Positions 59,001-64,000 of a stretch of 64,000 bases of DNA are shown here, piece after piece. The DNA is from Phoronis australis. Taxonomy: Eukaryota > Animalia > Phoronida. The translations under genes were made by a program, and so were the position numbers. The stretch spans positions 60,430-124,429 of the forward strand of contig NMRA01000200.1 in the NCBI GenBank assembly GCA_002633005.1, given 5' to 3'. The notes under the pieces are model-generated. The model was not told the origin of the DNA. It did not search any database and saw only the letters and a program-made list of their open reading frames with translations. The first letter of the stretch is position 1, and every line of letters starts with the position of its first letter.

Positions 59001-60962
59001 TCACATACGCCCAATGATTTACACACAACATACATCTTCTTTATTAGTGCTCCTGTTTTAGCAAATAAATCTTCAGGCGAATGCATATTCGGGACAGCCC
59101 GTGTGAGTGTAGTTAAGTTTAATGAATATTTGATGACTGCTCAAGGTTTGAAATGTTGAAAAACCAATTAACCCAGAAACGGAACTTCAGCACAAAAACA
59201 AAGCAACGCAACACAAAGTGTTGAAATGAGCCCACGAATGCAATGCCAAAGGTACGTTTCTAGGGGTGTTTATCTGAACACAACCATAAAAATGGCTGCT
59301 ACATGGCGCAGTCAAAGCTATCTGAAAATGGGAATGTCTCGTCGCCTCCTAATAGAAACCTATTTGCCAAATTTCACGAAAATCTAATAAGGAACTTTGA
59401 AGGTACTAATGTAAACGTAAAAAAATTGCCACTATAGCAATAATCGGATTGGTCCAAAATTTGTTATGTATCGTCAGCTTCATAGGTACACATTTGCCAA
59501 TTTTCATTAAGATCCTGGAAGGAGTTTAGGAGATACAGCAACAGATGCTTCACGTCCAGACAGAGACGATGGCAATATGCACCCGCATATGCATTATGCA
59601 TGCATATAGTTAAAGGACCCAGGTTCACTGTCTTTCCTATCAATGAGAGAAGCAATCGGTAGGGTGGCTGTATTTGTTCATCAGTACAGATGTGCTTGAA
59701 GTTTGACATTTCAATAAATATTCACTTGAAATTAATGCCATTCAGTTTTGGAATATTTAATGTTAAGAAGTAGACCTTATTGTGAACAATTCACTTGACA
59801 CAACTCTCTGCTTACCATAATATTGACATTATCGGCGTCAATACTTTGTGTCTGTGAACAGCTACAAGACCAATTAAAAGCCAAGACTTCAGTGATCACA
59901 GTATGACACTTTGTGTGGAGAGCTAACAGCCAGTAAGGCAAAGAGCTGAATATTTCAAGCTGCCTAAACTGAGGATGTCACCAGCTTCCATTTCAATTAA
60001 ATCTACCGAATGACATGAAGCCGACGTCAGGAATCAACGATTTTTATTGAAATTACAAAAACAGCCTGTTTTATAGCTCTGGTAAAAGCTAACTTTAACA
60101 TGTCTACCCAACACATCAAAAATCTCTAAAATGCATTTTTCAACTAAAACTGATCGTATCTTATGAAGAGTACTAATAAATTTAATCCACAGTATCAACT
60201 GTCGTGACATGAGCCTCAGTGCCAACATAAGCATGTTACGAGGCACTCGTATAATTTCTGAGTGAATTCACTAATATGGCGCAGTGGTTCACAATACACA
60301 TCTATGTCAAACGCGGACAAGTAGCGGACAACTTGATTTATAACGGCTAAAAAGTATTAATTAGCATCAAATCCTTAAAAATCTAGACAGAGTGGTGACG
60401 GGGTTACCACGGCTACATACTATAAATTACACAGTGACGAGATATTAATGCCATTTTAGAAAAGAAACTGTCAGTGCTTAGCATCACAGGCAATCCACGC
60501 TTCTATGAAACAAGCACTTCACATATTAAAAAATTCTTTGTAACAATCACTCCTGCTGTTGTTGTTGCTTAGGAAACATCTCTCCAATTTAGAAAACGGC
60601 CAACGCACCATTTTTATTTCCCTAATATTTCATGATCTTAATTGACATAAAGTTCTACAACATGGCTGCAATCTAACAACATTATGAAATTTTTTCGAAT
60701 ATTCCCAAGGTTAGAAGCCCTTGAGAAATTAAAGACAATTATGGCAATCATTCAACATTGTAGGAAATTGGTAAGATTTTAATGTATCATTATTATGAAT
60801 TTGAAACTATGACTAAACTAATGTTTCAAACAACTCACCTTTGAAAGAGTCAACCTCGCCAGACGGCGCTCTTGGAAGACCTTTGTGACACGCCTCTGAG
60901 GTCAACGCCACGGTTACCCCCAGGCTCCCCAACAGGAAGCCCAACTCCTGGACACCTGCATC
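19816..60962 (-). CDS. DIP2: Disco-interacting protein 2 homolog, 5'-partial (26 coding exons in window; two fatty acyl-AMP ligase-like domains)
   Basis: Exons joined at GT-AG sites with consistent phases: 60839-60962, 57918-58021, 57272-57374, 56674-56738, 55391-55484, 54665-54784, 53797-53911, 52317-52456, 51869-52005, 51137-51217, 42653-42780, 42046-42130, 41630-41728, 40547-40682, 39848-39960, 39254-39497, 38337-38476, 37895-38056, 37008-37138, 33875-33966, 28338-28585, 25177-25296, 24158-24232, 23720-23894, 22946-23069, 19816-20068 = 3408 nt including TAG. Recognisable DIP2 motifs: GWPKLQWF, KSRDMHWGL, SFQWMSRVLQA, YLDFSVSTTGMLAGVK, C-terminus PINSRGEKQRMHLRDGFLGDQLDPIYVAYNM*. Confidence 0.96.
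20099..22116 (+). mobile_element. Helentron-type non-autonomous element (HINE/DINE-1/pearl-like) with internal tandem array
   Basis: Starts ACAAGAG, 5' hairpin CAACGC-GGA-GCGTTG, subTIR ATGCGCCCAC, about 450-bp repeats, GGAC/GACG microsatellite, 3' palindrome ATGCGTCCACATA-TAAA-TATGTGGGCGCAT (22084-22113). Confidence 0.8.
22500..22641. repeat. 26-bp minisatellite, about 5 copies
   Basis: Unit TGATACAAAATACATTGTACGATATT. Confidence 0.92.
22946..23069 (-). CDS. DIP2: DIP2 exon
   Basis: cag|ERHDAMFVVGALDETIMLRGLRYHPIDIENSVMRSHRKICEC|gtgag. Confidence 0.93.
23720..23894 (-). CDS. DIP2: DIP2 exon
   Basis: cag|IWVSSPHNANGYYTIYG...YARTGYLGFVRRTELTQSDG|gtagg. Confidence 0.93.
24158..24232 (-). CDS. 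DIP2: DIP2 exon
   Basis: cag|LLPGVKVVIANPETKGQCADSHLGE|gtagg. Confidence 0.93.
24744..25049. repeat. 97-bp tandem repeat, 3 copies
   Basis: CTCATTCATAATTTGTCACTTG at 24744, 24841 and 24938. Confidence 0.92.
25177..25296 (-). CDS. DIP2: DIP2 exon
   Basis: cag|GASCPDPTTVYVDTKALRHDRVALVEKGSPGSLCLMESGK|gtaag. Confidence 0.93.
26883..27086. mobile_element. Tc1/mariner-like MITE
   Basis: TIR GTGTCCCATCGAAACAAGAA / TTCCTGTTTCGATGGAACAC with inner GATATCTC/GGATATC and TGAAAA..TTTTCA symmetry. Confidence 0.6.
27964..28150. repeat. 30-bp minisatellite, about 6 copies
   Basis: Unit ACCAAACATGCTGGTGTACCATTGGGCTTG. Confidence 0.92.
28338..28585 (-). CDS. DIP2: DIP2 exon
   Basis: tag|VRDTFCSYGVMELCTKGLG...VVVAEERPRI...AVSTSFGCRVNPALCVQ|gtgag. 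Confidence 0.93.
29023..29268 (+). pseudogene. THAP-domain first exon of Kolobok transposase (disabled)
   Basis: MVHRCVCANYFNT..EGMSPFKF*KDKHLAA*WQVFV..., frameshift, ICSDHFEDGCFD; ends at AG|gtaag; two in-frame stops. Confidence 0.8.
30093..30240. mobile_element. MITE nested in the Kolobok element
   Basis: TAGTGGCAGATTTAG...CTGGATCCGCACCTG imperfect TIR, GAAAC direct repeat on both flanks. Confidence 0.55.
30651..30782. mobile_element. pogo/Tigger-like MITE nested in the Kolobok element
   Basis: TA|CAGTAGAACTC ... GAGTTCTACTG|TA. Confidence 0.7.
31335..33222 (-). pseudogene. KolX-type accessory gene (P2X7 C-terminal-like cysteine-rich domain), two exons, disabled
   Basis: Exon 1 about 32935-33222 (acidic, EPFSLDP, RLDVSDW|gtaag); exon 2 31335-31735: CTWGNCQTTSVVEERVCCQEVD...HVAYRQFQRWVHGHLGRTVRVVIPACAVACIRAFYPPP..FQGF; stops and frameshifts present. 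Confidence 0.82.
33875..33966 (-). CDS. DIP2: DIP2 exon
   Basis: cag|IYAGHHSILIPPSEVELNPSLWLTTVSTNK|gtaag. Confidence 0.92.
34081..35825 (+). mobile_element. Second copy of the same Helentron-type element
   Basis: Same 5' end ACAAGAGCAACGCGGAGCGTTGAAATGCGCCCAC, same GCCACTAG array (more diverged), GGAC microsatellite, 3' palindrome truncated. Confidence 0.8.
36218..36705. repeat. 26-bp minisatellite, about 18 copies
   Basis: Unit AGTATCATTTCATTTCACTTTTCTCA. Confidence 0.92.
37008..37138 (-). CDS. DIP2: DIP2 exon
   Basis: cag|ISHASASALCRSVKLQCELYPSREVALCLDPYCGLGFVLWCLNS|gtgag. Confidence 0.93.
37895..38056 (-). CDS. DIP2: DIP2 exon
   Basis: tag|EAVAIVDLKAWPTLMDTDDLPKKK...YLDFSVSTTGMLAGVK|gtacg. 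Confidence 0.93.
38337..38476 (-). CDS. DIP2: DIP2 exon
   Basis: cag|GLVPVTIRPPHPQNIATTLPTVKMVVEVSKSSAVLTIASVIKLFRSK|gtatg. Confidence 0.93.
39254..39497 (-). CDS. DIP2: DIP2 exon
   Basis: cag|QFLSEILRWRASTTPDHIIFTL...GDHVALVYPPGIDLIAAFYGCLYV|gtgag. Confidence 0.93.
39848..39960 (-). CDS. DIP2: DIP2 exon
   Basis: cag|EVGPSAMYVGNIVQGARMSWAQGRELGSSDDAWDAAKR|gtaat. Confidence 0.9.
40181..40290. repeat. 35-bp tandem repeat, about 3 copies
   Basis: Unit AACAATTAGACAGTTCAGGGCTTGGAATGACCA(C/A)C. Confidence 0.85.
40547..40682 (-). CDS. DIP2: DIP2 exon
   Basis: tag|TPLGGIHLYETKKKFLEGSLHPANVLMCPHTCVTNLPKPREVRTG|gtgag. Confidence 0.92.
41050..41550. repeat. 30-bp minisatellite (about 12 copies) followed by a 62-bp duplication
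   Basis: Unit AAACGTGTGTCACTAGAGGTGCGTTATGAC; then AATCCAAGTCTTATTCCCAAGAC... twice. Confidence 0.9.
41630..41728 (-). CDS. DIP2: DIP2 exon
   Basis: cag|SFQWMSRVLQAVDSIHQVGVYCLALVPPNYLPK|gtgag. Confidence 0.93.
42046..42130 (-). CDS. DIP2: DIP2 exon
   Basis: tag|IAVFSMKVLRDERITIIAEQRPDCSEEE|gtaat. Confidence 0.92.
42653..42780 (-). CDS. DIP2: DIP2 exon
   Basis: cag|GGLIFICGSREGLMLSTGRRHNMDDVIATVLAVEPMKFIYRGR|gtaag. Confidence 0.93.
42800..43190. repeat. 31-bp minisatellite, about 12 copies
   Basis: Unit GTGATAGAAAACTGTGTATGATGAAGACCAT, ending about 20 nt from a DIP2 acceptor. Confidence 0.9.
43586..50800. mobile_element. 7.2-kb TIR DNA element with 3-bp TGA target duplication, no transposase recognised
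   Basis: Left end GGGCTGTTCCAGTAAAATCTGTATGGGAGGGGGG (43586), right end is its reverse complement with one mismatch (ending 50800); TGA at 43583-43585 and 50801-50803; CAACCACCCATAA-type subterminal motifs at both ends; second left end at 44520. Confidence 0.8.
45776..50138 (-). CDS. Transposon-borne spliced SAM (sterile alpha motif) domain gene, 3' end uncertain
   Basis: Exons 50124-50138 (MSWKK|gtaag), 46945-47014 (WNVDEVSDWLKKSGLGDLENTFR|gtaag), 45936-46176 (EQGITGQVMDVLTDEELSTLIPMLGPRVLFKKA...DIDR|gttaa) and probably 45776-45872 join in frame; SAM pattern W-x-V-x2-V-x2-WL...L-x3-F-x-E-x-x-I-x-G...LT-x-EEL-x2-L...LGPR; minus-strand AATAAA at 44897-44902. Confidence 0.72.
51137..51217 (-). 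CDS. DIP2: DIP2 exon
   Basis: tag|IHPLASDGRAIGEHSFVRTGLLGFLGP|gtgag. Confidence 0.92.
51630..51880. repeat. 40-bp minisatellite overlapping a DIP2 splice donor, about 6 copies
   Basis: Unit ACTAACTCTGAACATGTTGTTTATTGAGGGCAACACAGTC. Confidence 0.92.
51869..52005 (-). CDS. DIP2: DIP2 exon
   Basis: cag|AMMVVVKVEGQPYLCKTDEVGELCISSNYSGTEYWGLTGISNNTFR|gttag. Confidence 0.92.
52317..52456 (-). CDS. DIP2: DIP2 exon
   Basis: cag|AGKTSSSAQGRGVLSMQGLSHGVVRVDSENSLTSLTLQDCGQVMPG|gtatg. Confidence 0.93.
52972..53145. repeat. 21-bp minisatellite, about 8 copies
   Basis: Unit TGTAATGAACTGTCAGCTCTT. Confidence 0.92.
53797..53911 (-). CDS. DIP2: DIP2 exon
   Basis: cag|WSLTSCDSFLNVFKAKGLKPEVICPCAACPEALTVSIRR|gtatg. 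Confidence 0.93.
54310..54528. repeat. 27-bp minisatellite, about 8 copies
   Basis: Unit GCCTTACTTTACATACTACTGCAT-type; CAA variants in the first copies, TAC variants later. Confidence 0.9.
54665..54784 (-). CDS. DIP2: DIP2 exon
   Basis: tag|ATVAVVKSRDMHWGLLAQKDHKDIDLKTLRMLLVADGANP|gtaag. Confidence 0.93.
55391..55484 (-). CDS. DIP2: DIP2 exon
   Basis: cag|SVFNGMHVVFIPYALMKVDPASWMKMVTRFK|gtaac. Confidence 0.93.
56674..56738 (-). CDS. DIP2: DIP2 exon
   Basis: cag|AEVIVSVIDFKKEIGLWHGILT|gtatt. Confidence 0.9.
57272..57374 (-). CDS. DIP2: DIP2 exon
   Basis: cag|YTFGKDGSVMGVTMTRAGMLNHCRTLTVSSNYTE|gtaag. Confidence 0.92.
57918..58021 (-). CDS. DIP2: DIP2 exon
   Basis: cag|GWPKLQWFITEHLSRPPKDWMPPPRLSDEAPAYIE|gtagg. 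Confidence 0.93.
59198..59600 (+). mobile_element. Third, short and diverged copy of the Helentron-type element
   Basis: GTTGAAATGAGCCCACGAATGCAATGC 5' region, only one or two GCCACTA-type core subunits, degraded 3' end. Confidence 0.6.
60839..60962 (-). CDS. DIP2: DIP2 exon (first in window)
   Basis: tag|DAGVQELGFLLGSLGVTVALTSEACHKGLPRAPSGEVDSFK|gtgag. Confidence 0.92.
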
Positions 60963-61309
60963 CTAGAAGGTAACAACAACTTTTAGTCGTACAAAGGAAC
61001 AATTCAGAAGATATTACCATAAAACCTAATCAATTTCGGACAAAAAGGATTACCAAACTTGCCCTTTTTTATTTTTCAAAGGCCCCTGACATTGTTGCGT
61101 ATGCCCATAAATTTTCAAAATACTGTCTGGTGTTAACTGGCACACAGAGTTTGAATATGGAAAAAAAGTCCATTTGGTGCTAAATATCTTCTGAGAAAAA
61201 TGACTAAAATGAAATTTCACTTGTTCATTATATTTTATCTTCAATTGGTGAGATTTAACTGAAAACTTCAACTTTAGGTAAGTGCAAATAGTTTGGATAA
61301 AATGTCAAT

Positions 61310-61625
61310 GCAATGGCTTACTACATTACGGAAAATATAATGCAATGGTTCACTACATTATGGAAAATAATGTGACTGCTATGGCTTACTACATTAGGGA
61401 AAATAATGTGAATCCAATGGCTTACTACATTAGGGAAAATAATGTGAATCCAATGGCTTACTACATTAGGGAAAATAATGTGAAACCAATGGCTTATAAC
61501 ATTACGGAAAATAACGTGAATCCAATGGCTTACTACATTAGGGAAAATAATGTGAATCCAATGGCTCACTACATTAGGGAAAATAATGTGAATCCAATGG
61601 CTTACTACCTTACGGAAAATGACTT
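61310..61625. repeat. 39-bp minisatellite, about 8 copies
   Basis: Unit CAATGGCTTACTACATTAGGGAAAATAATGTGAATC-type. Confidence 0.88.
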
Positions 61626-61777
61626 TACCACACAACAAACAGAGAACAAATGACCATGCACTAATAATGACTTTTAATGTCGGAGAGTCAGAGTATCAGA
61701 ATATAGCACACAGGTAACACTTTGTTTTTCTCTTTTTTTAAGGGAAAGTAGCTCCAAATAAATGCTCTGTCATTTCA

Positions 61778-61872
61778 CAGTTCTATACCATAGCAACCAT
61801 CAGTTCAATACCATAGCAACTATCAGTTCAATACCATAGCAACCATCAGTTCTATACCATAGCAACCATCAG
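61778..61872. repeat. 23-bp minisatellite, about 4 copies
   Basis: Unit CAGTTC(A/T)ATACCATAGCAACCAT. Confidence 0.88.
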
Positions 61873-64000
61873 ACAATGTTTTGAGAAAGTGTAGACATTC
61901 AAAAACAACCTTAGAAACCCTTTAAAAATAAAACGCTCACTCTTGGCAATTATTGTGTCCAAAATCGGTGACATTTTACCATAACAGGACCCCATTGGAC
62001 AACAAATTTGCACTTTTCTTTCTATGTTGTCATTATGCTTCTTACAATCAATCCCTTTCCCTCGGCCAGAAGAATGCTTCAAAAACAGACAGCAAAACCT
62101 AGCAGGAGCGGTTGAACAAATGGTTGGTGACATGCTTGTCAATATTCATTGATCCTTAATGACCACTGCTAATTAGGTCACTTGGGTTGTGTGACGAATG
62201 GATCCAACTTCCTCAATCAATTCATCAAATGGCTGCTTCATTGTCTTGAAAAAACACCATTTCATTCTATAAGCCTGGCAAGCACGCTGTCCCTGCTACA
62301 AATACATGACAAATTATTTAGTAATGGCGCCTAATCACAAACACTTTCCCACTATTCTATACAACCCATACGTACAGTACAAGACAAAAATAATCATACA
62401 AAATACCGTTTCCGTTCGTGACGGTAATTCGTTGAACAGCACAAATAACTGGTAATGACTTAACTGCGCCGACAAAATTCTAATCACAAAATGCCTTGCC
62501 CATCTTACTAGCTCGTCATTCTAGCTCACGAGAAAAAATATTCTGAAGGTACATTTTGCTTCTGTACAGCTGCTATGACAGGGAATTATGAGTAATTTAT
62601 ATGAATACTTTTGACACGTACTGCATGTATCTTTATTTGCATATTCATGGCCATTAGCCCAAAGTACAACACGTGTTACACAAGTGGTTCCCCCTTTTGG
62701 AAGCATAGAATGCATATTTTACAACTGTGGTATCGCTATACTAAAAGTTGTGCCTACCACCAATTGAAACTTTTTGTTTTCTTGCAATATTTAAGAAACT
62801 AGCAATTGGCAACCCTATAACAGGGTATACTTCAGAAACTAGGAGTTGAGAAAAATCTATTCAAGTCAATTACATGTCATTTCTCCTGGTCACATGGCCA
62901 GGCATTTTGGTAAAAACATTTGAAAAGTACATCGATAAGGGGGAAAACTCCCATATTTTTAAACAGAATTTTTGAAATGATGTTAACGTAACCATAACAT
63001 TTACAGCACATACATTTTTTCAGAGGACATATTTACAGGCTTTCGAACAACTACCAGGCCCTAATTACGAGAGCACAGTGAATAAATTCAGCTTTTAGAT
63101 TCAATATTAAAACAACAACCAGTTTCAAGTGCTAAGCTGGCAATCCACGTATTTGACGGATAAAACCTCAACACACGCTGCAGGCAGCACTCTGGCAACC
63201 TTGACGCACTGTCTAAAATAACTTACATCGATTTCCATTCCACCAGCACTATTATAACAATAAATATACATTGGAAACATACAAACTTACTTTACTTAAT
63301 TAAAGGAGAATGCCACCCAAAAAACAACCTATTTTGTACCAATATAGATCCAGCAGTTCTACTCGACAACGGCATGTTCGGTTGCGTTACCTGACACCTG
63401 ACGGCAGACGGAGGTGTCGTAATTATCCAATGACGTCATTGTTTTCACACGCAGTCTTGGTGTCAGCTCATCACTTGAATTCATCGTTTAATCATCAAAC
63501 TTCGATGTAAAACCCTTAAAAATACACCGAGTTCTTATAAAAACGTGTTGTTTTATTTTGCTGTTACGGATTTATTGGTATTTGGTCACAGCGTAGCCTT
63601 ACAAAGTTCGGCAGGCCAATTTACCAAGGTCTGTAGCAGGAGTTTGGTGTCTATTCAGAGATAAATTCAAAGTATTCTTCCGTAAAATACAAACAAGAGA
63701 ACATAGATCTGTGTTGTTTAGACTTGTGATTTTTTGAGTCCTAAACACACAAAACGCTTGTTATCTCGGCCAGTGGCCCAGAACCCGATCATGCCCGTCT
63801 CGGCCGCCGGGACTGGCACGAACATAAACCAGCTTGAGTTGGAAACTTAACCTCCAGTCACGAAAAGACTATAATAGTAAGTCAAATAAATAATGTGCAC
63901 GTAATTATTCAGGGCTCGACGCTATTAAAATCGCCAGGTCGCATTTTGCGACCTAGCCAAAATCCCAGGTCGCATTTTCAAAATCCAGCTCACATTCGTA

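Noticed and set aside
63910-64000. CAGGGCTCGAC.. possible hAT-like element start
   Set aside because: Cut by the window end; no partner TIR or TSD can be checked.

Overview
Animal genomic DNA (about 38% GC by eye, GT-AG introns, repeat-rich), probably a marine invertebrate such as a lophotrochozoan; the taxon is inference from repeat types only. Most of the window (19816-60962, minus strand) is the 3' 26 coding exons of a DIP2 (disco-interacting protein 2) gene. Spliced by hand, they give a continuous 3408-nt frame (1135 aa plus stop); the 5' exons lie beyond the window end. A four-exon ODF3/SHIPPO-repeat (CIMAP1-like) ciliary gene lies on the plus strand (8457-11631), convergent with DIP2. 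Introns and intergenic DNA hold a decayed RTE-X-like LINE, an L1/Tx1 fragment, Helentron-type non-autonomous elements with higher-order internal repeats, MITEs and many unrelated minisatellites. Most notable: (1) a 7.2-kb TIR element with a TGA target duplication in a DIP2 intron carries a spliced SAM-domain gene whose splice phases match the host intron; (2) a 4.7-kb TTAA-flanked Kolobok element carries a decayed THAP-transposase and a KolX gene homologous to the P2X7 C-terminal domain; (3) candidate 3-9 nt microexons in one DIP2 intron; (4) a minisatellite that multiplies a DIP2 splice donor; (5) a probable heterozygous TTAA insertion in the last ODF3-like exon, assembled across a gap. All calls come from manual reading and recalled family motifs; no database search was run.
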